A stretch of DNA of 64,000 bases, taken from Harriotta raleighana (Eukaryota). The stretch spans positions 1,270,905 to 1,334,904 of the forward strand of contig JBNZDD010013632.1 in the NCBI GenBank assembly GCA_050575255.1. Direction: 5' to 3'. The notes beneath the pieces were generated by a model. That model worked only from the letters and a program-made list of their open reading frames with translations. It was not told where the DNA came from and searched no databases. Shown here in pieces: positions 50,746 through 63,410 of this stretch; position 1 is the first letter of the stretch, and the number at the start of each line of letters is the position of its first letter. The translations under genes and the position numbers were made by a program.

Positions 50746-51053
50746 GTGGAGCTCCTGTAGCTCAATGGTTAGAGCACTCGCCTTAGAAGCGTGAGACCTG
50801 TGTTCAAATCGGGGCAAAACCTTGGGCAAGTTTCCTTACTTCCTTACTCTACATGCCTAATACTAATCCATCCGAAAAAACCCACAATAATAAAAATTGG
50901 TCATTTCAAACCACGACTGCTGTGCTCAATTGGTTGCTGCATTTTGTCCACAAATATACAGTCAATTCACTTTACAGTATATTCTGTGAAGCATCTTGAG
51001 ATGTCGATAAAATGTGTAAAGCGCAATAGTAATCAAATGCAAAGATTACTATT
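50746..51053 (+). mobile_element. Full-length tRNA-derived SINE
   Basis: GTGGAGCTCCTGTAGCTCAATGGTTAGAGCACTCGCC...GTGTTCAAATC head, family body and tail. Confidence 0.88.
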
Positions 51054-51923
51054 ACAATGTAAAACATTCCCTAAGAAATGGTCTGACCTGCATTCAGTCC
51101 ATCTACTCCAACACATTTCTAATGCGCTATCATATTATTTTTCCTAAAGTATATATCTATATCCAGTTAATTTCTCTAGTTCAATAGTCATTGTGAAAAC
51201 AACAACAATTTGCATTTATATAGCAGCCTACACGTGCTTTACGCTCTGTGTAAAAAAAATTTTTTTTGATTTGTGGTAGTAAACAAACTGTGTAGTATAG
51301 AAAAAATTTCAAATTTCTTCATCCATTGTGCACAAATTAAGGAACATTTAATAATAACAATAATAATGATAGTATAAGACAGCCATGGCTGCTAAACTAT
51401 TCAGCATTTTCAGATTTAGAAACACAATCAGTCCTTCTTAATTGTCATTTTATGAAGCTTTCTGGATGTGATGCCTAAATCCCCAAAGTGTCACCCATGA
51501 GATGGAAAGCCATCAAATTTGCCCAAGGACAAACTTGTTTGGTATGTGCCAAATGACTGGTATTGTTAGATTGGACACACTCACAGACAAAACTATTGTG
51601 TCGATATCTCCTTGCTGTTACATCATATTTCTATTCAAAGGCAATTAACTGCATTTCCAACTTACAGCACCTGATGCTAAATATCCAGACAGCAGAGCTC
51701 TCTACAGTCAATTAATGACTCAGTTAATTTACAGGTACCAGCTTGATACAGTGTCTCTCGTATAGAACAGCAACATGAGCAGGTAAACTATCATTATCAT
51801 GCAGTTTTACATTCTTTTCACTCTGGATTAAATGCAAGCAAAACAGAACTCAAAGGGCAAACAGACTTATGTGCATATGTGCAGAGCTCCTGTAAAATGG
51901 GAGCAAAAATGCCAATAATATTA

Positions 51924-52316
51924 TAGTAAAAGCTTGTTTATCCGGCACTCAACCAACCGGTATCTCCCAATATAATTCACATTCCAGAAAACAGATCTCA
52001 TACCGGAGCCATCCAGGACACTCGCAGCATAAACTTTGTGCCTACATGCAATACATGCACATGCGCACTTATTAAACTTAACGAATGGTGGAATTTTTAA
52101 TTTAGCGATCATTTTACCGAGTGTGCTGGAATGCTTTATTGGGAAGTATCCATACAATATTCTGTTATTATTTAGTCTATTATTAATATAGTATATTTTA
52201 AAATAAGTTAATTTTTTGTGTACGATTTTTGGCAACTTGCTGCTCGAATATCCGACATATTTGATTAAACGGTACCGAACAGGTCCCGAGGGTCCCAGAT
52301 AACCAAGCTTTTACTG
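51924..52316. mobile_element. pogo/Tigger-like MITE (related subfamily)
   Basis: TA-TAGTAAAAGCTTGTTTATC ... GATAACCAAGCTTTTACTG-TA. Internal ATATTCTGTTATTATTTAGTCTATTATTAATAT is shared with the other MITE copies. Confidence 0.88.
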
Positions 52317-52329
52317 TACTAAGCTACCA

Positions 52330-52520
52330 AGCCAAACTGCGCACAGCAATGTCCCTCAAACAGCATGGAGTGAGTGAACAATTTTAGTGGGGAATTGTTG
52401 GCCAAGACACTAGGAGAAATGACATTCTCTTTTCTAATAGTGCCTTGGGATCTTTAACGTCCATCTAAATAGGCAGACTGGACTTCAGTTTAACTTTTCA
52501 TTCAAAGGTATGCAGCTCCA
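52330..52520 (-). mobile_element. Deu-domain SINE fragment
   Basis: ATAGTGCCTTGGGATCTTTAACGTCCATCT...AGTTTAAC is the reverse Deu-domain-like segment. Confidence 0.6.
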
Positions 52521-52524
52521 CCAT

Positions 52525-52738
52525 TTAGAATCCTTCGCCTTGTCCTTGCCTCCTAAAAGGCCTGTCTCAAGACCTTCCTCTTTGAGCTCGGCTTTGGTCA
52601 CGTTCCAACTAACACTCACCCTCCCTCTACACCTCCTGATCCCAACCCCCAACTCTGGTGAAAATACTTGAATGTCCATGCGAATGTTTGGGACATCCTT
52701 CCAATGTGAATGGCTATACAAATGCAATTTATTGTTGT
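52525..52738 (+). mobile_element. L2 3' end
   Basis: GTCTCAAGACCTTCCTCTTTG...TTTGGGACATCCTTCCAATGTGAA tail. Confidence 0.75.
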
Positions 52739-53201
52739 AGTAATTGTATCTAGATAAACAAAGCTTGTCACCAAAATGTATGAGAAAGTTACAGAAAGTT
52801 TTGGAATGCTGTTGCATGCCTCTGTTCGTGTCTAATTCATTTTTGCAGCACGTAGTTTGGAGATAAACATACTGTACCTGATAAAGATTTTCAGCACAAA
52901 CTCATTATGAAGATCTGCACATTTTTGAGGCAAAGAACCTATACAGGAATGCATAATTTGTGTACTCATGCTGCTAGCCTCTGCTATAATACTCCTGGGT
53001 TCATGCCAATTACAGAGCCAGAACTCGTAAGTCGAAGAGTGAAGGTCAGTGGCATCGGTATATTTTGTTCAGTACTACCCTTGATCTCCTGCATGAAAAT
53101 TTAAATGTGTTTAGAATGAATGCCACTGAAATTCATTATTTTTTTAAAAAAACAGGTAGACTCTTCACCTGCTTCCTAGGTATCTTGCACTAATGGATCT
53201 T

Positions 53202-53455
53202 GTGGAATCGTGTAGCTCAGTGGTTAGAGCACTCGCCTGGCAAGCAAGAAACCTGGGTTTTTTTCCTGGCAAGGTGAAACCTTGGGCAAATTTTCTTACT
53301 AATAATATTCCTCAAGGAAAAGAAAACAATAATAATTTGGTCCTCAATCTATAACTGTTTGTGGCACACTATTGTGCGCAATTGGCTGCCACAAATATAA
53401 TCAATTCACTGTGAAAAGCGCTACATCAAATGCAAGGATTATAATATTATTATAA
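53202..53455 (+). mobile_element. tRNA-derived SINE with an internal deletion
   Basis: GTAGCTCAGTGGTTAGAGCACTCGCC head, core and tail. Confidence 0.85.
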
Positions 53456-54551
53456 TAACAACAACTTATATTGCGCTCTCTACAATGGGTGGCATCTCAG
53501 AGCACTTGAGTTTAAACAAAACTATACACATTACATACTTACATAGTTGGTAACAAGGAGGGGCAGCAAGGTTTGCATCTGATGAGCATCAAAATTCTTC
53601 TAATTATTACACAATAAGTGTTTCTTTTACTAAGTATTGTATCACAAAGCAAACTGCTAGAATTCCTTAACCTCACACTTTTAATCTAAGAGAGCAGGAA
53701 TTGATGCTAATTATCATATCACGCATCGCATTCACCTTCCTGGCATCCCCCACACCGCTTTCCCAGCTCCCCACCACCCTCCCACCCCACCCACATAAAA
53801 AAGTATGTCTACACGATGCTAAAACCAGTGAAACACGCCTGAGGAAACTAGGTATTGAACTTCAATGCAAAAATCACTCCAAGTGATTGATTGACACAAA
53901 CCTTTGTTAGCTGATCATCTGAATATAAAAAATGTTTGAAATTAATCCCAAAGACAGTTCATTGCATGTCTGTTGTGAGATGAAGGAGACAAATGAATGG
54001 TGTTTTTGGTACTGGGAGCTCTGATCACCCAGATGTAAACAAATTAAATTAGTTAGTGGTCATTCAGTGCACCCATTACTTTAATTAGGATTGACTTGCC
54101 TTTAAAGTCTAGCAATTGTAAGGAATTTGAAAAGACAATTACAATTAGGATTCATTAGGTTTTAAGATAAATATGTAGTACAATTTCTGTATTAATCATC
54201 TGTCGTGTTTTGCCCACAAAATATACAGTCAATTCCCTTTACAGTGTATACTGTGAAGTGCTCAATTCTCAAAAACATGATAAAGCGTTATATCAGATGC
54301 AAGAATTATTGCTATTATTATTTACTGTGAAATAATATTTTGCGCATAAAAAGGTAATTCCTTTTTTTTAAATAAAGAATGTTTGTGTGTTTTACCACCC
54401 CATGCTGACAGTTTAATTTATGTTCCAGCTTGTGTTGCATAATACTGAGAAGTATGTCCACATTCATTACATTCTACCTTTGGGAAGGTCAAAGCAAAGT
54501 TAATAACATCTGATGACAAAGATAAACAAAATCTCATCATTCCTCTTGCAT

Positions 54552-54978
54552 CCTCAATTCGTAGCACTGCTGTCTCTGAGTCAGAAAGTAGTGGATTCAA
54601 GTTCCATGTTGGGATTTAAAAATGATATCCTCCTGGCTGACAGTCCAATGCAGTGCTGTGGGTCTGCTGCATTATCGGAGGCATCATACTTCAGAGGAGA
54701 TGTTAAACCGTTGTCCTATCTACTTGTTCAAATGGATATTAAACATTCTTTGGAGCCTTTCGAATTGAGAAGGGAGTTTGTTCCGTCTGATAATCCCGCA
54801 ATACAATTAAACAGTTATTCGTGGAACATTTCTCTATGTTCAACATTGGTTGCCATGCTTCCCCACAGATGTATTCAGTCGGTCAACTTTACAGTATAGC
54901 CTGTGAAGCACTTTGAGACGTTCTCGCAACATGAAAGACACTATAGTAAATGAAAAGATTATCATTTTCGATTATTAT
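54552..54978 (+). mobile_element. Near full-length Deu-domain SINE (SacSINE1-like)
   Basis: tRNA-like head GTAGCACTGCTGTCTCTGAGTCAGAA...GGATTCAAG, central GCTGACAGTCCAATGCAGTGCTG...GGAGGCATCATACTTCAGAGGAGATGTTAAACCG (Deu domain as I recall it), and an L2-type tail. Confidence 0.7.
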
Positions 54979-55747
54979 TAATTCCTATGAAAGTTACTGT
55001 ACCCACATGTTAAATACATTTTTGTGTCCACTGACTGTACCCGGACACAGATGTCTCCAGCATACTGTGACTTTTGTAGCTGATTTTTCATGTAAGTCAT
55101 TCTGATTATTAAATTTTTTGAAGGGTGTGGATGGAAATGGTTTAGGTTAATTGATAATAATAATTGGTACGAAGAATAGTTGTTAATTCGCTCCTCCTCA
55201 GGCTCCTTGAAAAAAGGTGCTGCCAAACAATGCTGATGTACCTCCCATCTCACGTTTGAATAGATGTCTTTATTGATGTGGCGATCAAAGTGTCTAAACC
55301 CAAATATAAATCAGTCATATTTGGACTGAGGAGATTTTCAGCGGTTCACAAGTCACTACAGGAGGATCCAATTCATTCAGTCTCAGAATAGAACTGAATT
55401 GCAGGTTTTGTGGATGATGTTCAGATCAAAGGGAATGGAGGTTTTTCCAGATACCATTCAGCAGACCAGGGATCTCTGCCTCAGCATGACACCTTTCAAT
55501 AATCTCATCAGTAAATCATCAGCCCTCTAGGTGATCGGATTATTTTCCACTAGACTAGATTTTATAATTATTTGTTTCTGGTTGCTTGCTGTCAAGGTGA
55601 CCTCTGTAGCAGCTATCTACCAAGAGTAAAAAAACACACAGTGCGATTATGGATAGGCAGTGTTGGCTCAACACTGTTTCAAGATATCAAATATTTTATA
55701 TTTTGCACCTGCCTCTTTGTACAATAAGTGTTGCATCAAGCACATAA

Positions 55748-55904
55748 ACACGACTGTTTGTGGGACACTGCTGTGCACAATTGGCTACGGCGTTTAGACC
55801 ACAAATATACAGTCAATTCACTTGACTGTGTCTTCTGTGAAGCACTTTGAGACTTCTAGAAGACGTAAAAAGCGCTATATCAAATGCAAGGATTATTATT
55901 ATTA
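55748..55904 (+). mobile_element. SINE 3' part
   Basis: Family core, tail and (ATT)n. Confidence 0.85.
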
Positions 55905-56399
55905 TAAAGTTCATCATCACTGTTAAAGTGCACAGTTAAAGTTAAAGCAAAGTTTTGCTGAATATAAATTTTACAGCAATTTATTTGACTGGAAAATGTG
56001 ACGACTCACATGCAAATTGATGAGGTTCATGTAAAATCAGTAAGTGTTGTGTGTGTATGTCTGAAGATTTAACTAATTGTGGAAAACTCTGAGACTATAT
56101 TGCTTAATTATGTTTTTTGATCACGATAGACTACCATGCACATTGTTAATGATTTAAAATGCCTTAGTGGTTTCAAATTAGAATTTGGATCACCTTAGTT
56201 AGAAAAGCTTGGTGTAGATTTATTCTATTTCTACCATATATTTTAAATCTCTCTTTCAGCATCACTTTTTCAACACCCGTTTCCAAGTTTCTCTATACAA
56301 CATGTTGCAGATTCCCTAGTCAAGAGGACTGGTTGTCAAACCTCTACCAATTCTGCACGTGACCTCCAGGATACATGATGGAGTGACCTGGCAGGTATT

Positions 56400-56570
56400 A
56401 AATAATTAATCCCTGCATTTGATACAACACGTATTATATTCAGAGGATATCTCAACATTGCTTCACAGGATCTATTGCAAAGTGTAATGATACTTATAGC
56501 AATATGGCAGCCCATTTCCCCAAAGTAATGTTTCACAAGCATCTGTGAAATGAATGACAAAATTATCTGG
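56400..56570 (-). mobile_element. Old SINE 3' fragment
   Basis: Degenerate reverse tail and core. Confidence 0.55.
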
Positions 56571-57324
56571 GGGATTTTTGATCAGGGTGTTTCACTGATG
56601 AACCAGTTTATACTGAGATTCCCACTAAGTGCAGCATTGAGATGAGTGAATAGATAGCAACTGCTGTGTTGAATACAATTGTTAGCTATATTGGGTTTCC
56701 TCTAACTATTGTGTTTCCTCTAACTATTGTGGTTCATGATTTTTAGGGCTATGTTCAGGACTATGCAGTTGCAGCATGCAAGTGAAGAACGATTTATATT
56801 GCGATCATATGTCACATAGACTCCATCAGGATTACCAGTGGAAAATTAAACCATCTTTATCATGAGACTAAATCAGAATAAAGTATGTTTTTTTCAGCAC
56901 TTATAGAGCTATTTGAAAATGGGACATCATGCAATACTGACGCTGATTTCTATCTGATTCAACTCATTCAATACTGTAGAAGGAAAACTTTAAGCGATAA
57001 TCTTCCTTGCTTTGTGCAATCGCAAACCCGTCAGAAAGAAATTATGTGGATGACAGGTGATGCTTGGTTGTAAAACCTAATTCACTGAAGGGAGTTGTCT
57101 ATTGTTTTCACTCTTACACAAAAGAACAAAAATAGAAAGTACCAAAATAGAAACAGACCTTTTGAATTGATACTGAGCTGGGAAAGGTCACAAAGAAAGT
57201 ATTGGATGCGTGTCCATGTGCATGCATGGGAAAAGAGAGATACAAATTCCCTTTCCACATCATATATTCACTCACCCGATCACACACTGACAGAGTGTCA
57301 GAGGGAATATATTTTTATTCTCAT

Positions 57325-57480
57325 AAGGCAAAGGCATCACCCAGTATCGTGTTGAGCCATACAGACCAGAAGATTGCAGGTTTGATTCATGGTTTGTGCT
57401 AAATTAGCTGTTCAGAGTTGGGGCAGCAATTGGGAATTTAAAGCCCAAGAATCCTGATCTGTATCCATCGAGTGGGAACA
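57325..57480 (+). mobile_element. AmnSINE2-like ancient SINE, 5' fragment
   Basis: TGAGCCATACAGACCAGAAGATTGCAGGTTTGATTCATGGTTTGTGCTAAATTAGCTG resembles the AmnSINE2 5' region as recalled; not verified by search. Confidence 0.55.
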
Positions 57481-58429
57481 GTGTGCATTTTTAAAAACTT
57501 GCTGAGATGTGCTCTCTTAGGTGTCCTGTAGTGGATAGCCATTTTGAAGATGGCTGCGGGCTTTCATGGATGTTTACTTAATGATCACAACATCGAATGG
57601 TATTTTTATTGAATCTTTTGAAATTGAGAGCATGACTTATTATGTCCCAAGGTTGACCAATTATTATTTCTATTATTAAAATAATAGTCCTTCCATTTGA
57701 TAGAATATCTTCTACCTCAAGCCGACTTTTTGAGGAGAAGGGAAGGGAAGAATGGAGGTAAAATTGCACTCAGAAAGGAGAAATGAAGACAAACCAGATC
57801 CATATATACATATGCACAAAACATTAATTCTCATTGGACCTTTATTACACTTAATCTACCATTATTAGTGAACTCGATTAAATAATTGACATACATTGTC
57901 AAACACAATTGGGCACTCAGCTACTTCTGAAACTTAGAGAGCACATTCCGTGCATGACATTAGGCTGTCTCTTGCCCATGCATTGTGAATTCAAGCCTCA
58001 TATTAGTCCTTACAATCTGCTATTGTGCATTGTACGTAAAACATTTCATCTCTTAGGAGAAAAGTTGTAAAACGTCTCTTTATGTCCCTGGATTTAATTT
58101 GAGAAAAACTCCACTGCACTTATCTAAGTGTACAACCTACATTATTCATCCTAACCAACCACCTTTCATGGCGTGACATTTTCAAGGTCGCAGTAGTTCA
58201 GAAACCATTATGTTCCATGCATCATTTGATCATTCCCGTCATTTCTTATTCTTAAAGATCCCAGTCCAGTTTCTTACCATGTTTTCATACAGCTCTCTTG
58301 TGAAAGTATTCTCTTTGTGAAAGTGAAGCCATTTTTGTGAGTCTCTCTTCATAATATGAAAGCCGAAGTTCCTGTTTTAGTCACTAAAAAGCTAAAGTGT
58401 TGAAGATTCGAACACCCACCTAATAGATA

Positions 58430-58800
58430 CAAAAAGAATATTTGATAAGCTCATCGCATCGAAACAGTCACACTCTTCTGTGGAACCCACTGAACTGTCA
58501 CATCCAGACAAGATCGATGGTGTTTTAGGGGATTAATTGTTCCAGATTACTTTCAATGTTGTTACACATATCTCTCAAGAACACAACCTGATGTCATCAG
58601 CAAATTTTGCTATATTGCATGTATTTCCTTCTTCCTTATGTAGACAGCGGGGGATTCAGAATAGACTCACTGAGGAACCCCATTTAACTGCTTCTCCCTC
58701 ACACCTTCAGCGACAGCTTTTTCATTCATTAGTACTTTCTGCTTCCTACAGATGATCTAGCTTTCCATCCATGTAGCTGATCTGCCATTTATTTAATGAT
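58430..58800 (-). mobile_element. Old CR1 RT fragment
   Basis: The minus strand shows GGGGTTCCTCAG (GVPQ) at about 58669-58681 and GCAAAATTTGCTGATGACATCAGG (AKFADDIR) at about 58587-58610. Confidence 0.72.
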
Positions 58801-60604
58801 TAATTTTCTCCCTAATGTAGAGCTTCAGAAACCAGCAAACCTCGTTTGGTTTCAGATATGGAGTGAAAAGAGGTTCCTTTGTTTCCCTTCTAAGTGCATT
58901 TTACGTGCAGAGGATATGAAGGAGCTGAGACACTGGAGCAATTCACTGAACCTATGCTTCTGAAATAATACAGAAGCTGTTAATTTACTGGCAATAAAGA
59001 GAAAATTGTAGGACTGGTCACACTCGCTCTCTAATAAATAATCATTAAATGCTAGACTGAAGCCTATTTATAATAAAGGTCTGCATCATTGGGACAACAT
59101 TTTTACATTAGTTGTCAGAGCAAATTGCTTCTGTGCTAGAAATTAAAGTTGGAGAATTGTAGAAACCAGAAAGAAACAGTAATCTATTTATTTTGATTGG
59201 AGAATCTTTCAATTTATGGAGTGTTTTTTTTAACCATATGGGATGCATAGGGACACAACATTGAATCATAAAAAATAAATGAAATGATTTATGAAAAGGT
59301 AAATATTGATGTAAATGTAAATTGATTGCAAGTCACTCACTTACTTGAGATATACCATGGTCAAATACAGTACTAATAATCATTGCAAAATGCAAGGATT
59401 ATTATTTAATACAGCAACTTTTACAGTGGGCTGATGTGTGAATTTGCTGTACAAGATTACGTACAATGTGTAATAACCTAAACTCTAAGTATTTTGCAGG
59501 TGAATGCAGCAGCCAATTTTCCCACAGCAATGTCTGATAAGCAGCCATGAAGTCAATTTTATTTGGGAGTGGTTGCGAGTAAGGTGCATTAGATTATGCA
59601 GGCCAGGGTTAACAGCACTCTGCAGAACTCAGAGCTTTGCTGCATGTGTCACCACCTCCAGAAACCTTAAATTCAGATTATTAGTGGAAACATGAACACC
59701 TGACAGGTGTGAACTGCTTCATCCAGTTACAGCCAGATTTAGTCCGGATACAATATAGTTGTGTTGGTAGCAAACCGGCACATTTTCAGCATCATACTGT
59801 GATGTTCAATTGTCACTGCCATCTCCAGCTCTTACAATGTAGTCACTGCAGACCTCAGTCTTCAAACCCTCAACTCGAGTTACGCTAATTCAATCAGAGT
59901 GTACAATTTAACTGATCTGTACCACAATAACAGCAACAATAACAACATGCATACTATGATTGAGCCATGGGTTTATACGACCCTTTTAATTATAAATGTG
60001 GTATAGAAATCTTAGTATAAAACAAGAGCAACATGTAGAAAACGTTACCAGAATGGATTAGACAAACAAGAACTACTTCAAAGAGTAGTCTGTAAATTTT
60101 GACAATATATACTTCAGATAGTTTATAACATGTTCAAGTTACTATCTCTCAAGACAACTTACCTTATAATTAGAATAAAAAGTTAATTAATTTATAACCT
60201 ATTATACTGTAGTCCATAGGTTTGAGAAGATGAAGGCATTCCTTAATTGGTGTTATTACTGGAAGAATTGATGACATTGCAATTCAACTTCCAATGTGCC
60301 AATTAAAAATATATCCTTTATTATTTAAACTACTCTCCAGAGAGATGAGATATGAAGAATAGTGCTCCTTTAAATTATTTAACTATTAAAGAAAACTCTA
60401 AAACATTATTACAACATCTATTCAACAGGAATATTGCCTTAAATTAGACACAAGATAAAAAATGAATTAATTAATAAAGGCTTTCAATAATTAAAAACTA
60501 AGAGAATTACAGGACCAGTCTGTTGAAGGCATTACCACTTCCCAGGTACTTTACCAGCTGAAACAAACATGAAATAACTCCCACAAAGAATCTTAACATA
60601 CAGT

Positions 60605-60865
60605 TGTTTTTTTCTGTTCTCCTTCCCCTACCCCGACCCCTCCCCTTGCCATCTTCCCCCCATTACACTACTTCCATGACTGTTTGTGGGACACTGCTGT
60701 GCGCAATTTGGCTGCCGTGTTTTTGCCCACAAATATACAGTCAATTTTTCCTACTTTCCTTCCCCTGACCCCTCCCCCCCGCTCTGATCTCTACTTGACT
60801 GCACAGTGCCTTGGGATGTCCTCCCGACATGAAAGGTGCTATATAAATTTTGACTGATTGATTAA
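60605..60865 (+). mobile_element. Composite L2/SINE-type element with a (GATT)n tail
   Basis: C-rich tract, family core, C-rich tract, L2 hairpin and GACTGATTGATT tail. Homologous to 13020-13310 and 40720-40870. Confidence 0.85.
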
Positions 60866-62054
60866 CTGCAGACTGTTTACCTTACTTTCTCTTGTGCCTC
60901 TTCAAAATAGGTCACTGACTTCTACGCTCCGCTATGAATGCTTGTGACACTTGTGTACCTTTCAAGGCCTGGAGTGTTTTGATTTCCTCCATGGGAGCAA
61001 TCTCAGGAACTTGGATATCATTACGGAACAAAATTAATATCTATTGTCCTATCCGATCAGACAGAACTGAGAAGCCAAACTCTTATTTTAGGTAGATTGT
61101 GCTTTTATGCCCAAAATAAGATTACCTACTGTGGCCACTACTTAAAATAACATGAAAATAAGTTAATGAGACCCTTTGAGAATAAACAAACACAAGATTT
61201 TGTCCTTGCCCGAGGCAAAGTAAAACAGGAGAAAAATAAGCCAATGTAACAATTTATTCACAGAATACCTAAAACAAATGAGTGCATTATTGTATAGAGA
61301 AAGTACTGTACTCGATAAAACTGGAGCATCGTTCTTTTGTTACTCTTTTACTTCATGGAGTAATTATCAATGGATTATATATTTTAAAATAATAGAGTTT
61401 GTCCATTTCTCAGCTACACTTTTCTTTAAAAAGTGCTAATTCCACTAGAGCTACAACACATTCCTCAGATAAGAGAACATTTGAATAATTTTTCAAGAAA
61501 GCAGCAATTTCACATTATGCAGTTGACGAAAATTTAAGTTGCCGCACCTTCACAATTTCATCAAACTATCAGTCAATGATGGTCAGTCAGTCGCAGCAGC
61601 TGACATAGCAAAACACCTGATAAACAGAGCAATGTTATCTCACTCTAAAACGCTTCTGCATGAGAGACACTTAAACATATGTTACAGTCAAATCTAGTTT
61701 GTTTATTGCTCAAAATAGATGTTTTAAAATAATGTGGCAAAACAATTACTGGATCTGAGAATACACTCCATAAATTATTGTGTTCAGCATTTTTTGAATT
61801 TAACACAATCTAAACTATTCATTTATACTCCTTAATTATTTCAAATGAAGAATTAGCTCAGATTCCTGATCCTTGATTTCTATTCACTCACTGATGTCCC
61901 CAAGTTTGGAAATTGCTCCTGTCTTGAATATTGGAGGTAAACTCTGGTAAGTATTACAGTCCTTGTTGATTTGTGCTGGAAACATGGAATCCTATTTCGG
62001 CATTTCCACCTTAGCAAAGATAGACTCAGACTCCACCTCAATTCCGTCCCCTTT

Positions 62055-62170
62055 AAGTAACCTGTCAGTGGTCACTGTCTAGTCTCAGACATAAAAAATA
62101 GGCACTTTAGGTGAGGTATTGGAAACACTGTAGAGCTGTATTTCAGCATGAGTCTTCATGTGAGGAGCAC
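62055..62170 (+). mobile_element. AmnSINE2-like ancient SINE, 3' fragment
   Basis: TCACTGTCTAGTCTCAGACATAAAAAATAGGCACTTTAGGTGAGGTATTGGA resembles the AmnSINE2 3' region as recalled. A possible upstream piece lies at about 61850-61900. Confidence 0.5.
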
Positions 62171-62344
62171 AGTGGAGCGAGGAGTGGAGTGGCGAGGAGA
62201 GGGTGAACTCAGGAAAAGTATATAAATAGGTGTTGTTCCAAGCTTCATGAAACTATTTTATTGTGATTCTACGCACTTAAGTAGCCTATTGTTAGGAACC
62301 ACTAGAACAGGGATCTGCATTGAAAAGTGAGTCAATAAAATGTA

Positions 62345-63095
62345 ACAATAATCTTGTATTTGATTTTGTGCTTACATCTCAAAGCACACGGGGGTTATCT
62401 CAAAGCATTTCTCAAGATTTCTTTTAAGTGTAGTGACCATGAGTTTATAGATAAATACAGCAACTGCTTTAAGCATGGCAATGTCCCATAAACCTCAGAG
62501 GACATGATTAATTTTATCTGACAGATTGTTGGCCAGGACACAGGGGGCAATTCCCCATTCTTTGACATGTGGAACAGTATTGGAGTGCATCTTATGCTAT
62601 GATCTTAAACTACTCTGGCCAGGCTAATACCCACAACCTTCTAACCCAGTGATTCCCAACCTCAGGTCCTGACCCAAATCAGGATCACGGGGATCCTCAG
62701 TAGGGTCGCGAAGGGTCATCAGAATTATCTTTTTTCCTTTTTTTAATGTTGAAATTGTTTTTGTAATGCTAAAAAAGCTTTTAAAGCTAAAAAAAAGCTT
62801 TTAAACATTAAGAAAAAAGCGGTACACTGACCAATTTATATAACGAGCATACTTACAAGTTGTGCTGAGTCCACAAAACAGACGGAGATAACGTTTTGGC
62901 TGAGCTGAGCTTCAGTCACAATATTGTTCCCTAGTGGTGGGGGGATCTGTCGGAGGCTAATTTGGGTGCCAGCAAACAAAGTTTGGGTCGCGAGGACATG
63001 CTGGTGGTTAATTTGGGCCACAGCAAAAAAATGTTGGGAACCATTGTTCTAACCCAATGACAGGATCACTACCAATTGAATCAGGCTGGCATCTA
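62345..63095 (-). mobile_element. Decayed Deu-domain SINE split by a hAT MITE
   Basis: Reverse tail and core at 62345-62640. The head CCCACAACCTTCTAACC|CAATGACAGGATCACTACCAATTGA continues across the MITE. Confidence 0.6.
62647..63046. mobile_element. hAT (Charlie-like) MITE
   Basis: TIRs CAGTGATTCCCAAC / GTTGGGAACCATTG. Perfect 8-bp TSD TTCTAACC at 62639-62646 and 63047-63054. Subterminal GGGTCGCG motifs. Confidence 0.92.
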
Positions 63096-63410
63096 CAAAT
63101 TGTGGATTGAAAATATGAATCTATCTGTGATGAATTGCCTGCAACGTTTGCCAATACAGCATCTGCAGATTTGTACAAATGGTGCCAGTCACCTTAATCA
63201 AGCATTAATTAGGGTTCAAATTTGGAAACTTTACAGCAGCAAAGTTTGAGGCAGATTTAATCACTACAACCAATATGCTCTTGTCAATGTAAGGCCTTCT
63301 TCCAACTAAGTGAACAAAAACATGATCATAGTCATAGTCAAGAAATTAGCAGATATGATTTTCTTTGTACCCTAAAAACTTGAAATGTAACCATCAATAT
63401 AAATTCAGAT

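Noticed and set aside
56695-56731. 18-bp perfect tandem duplication
   Set aside because: Common slippage-type event with no further structure.
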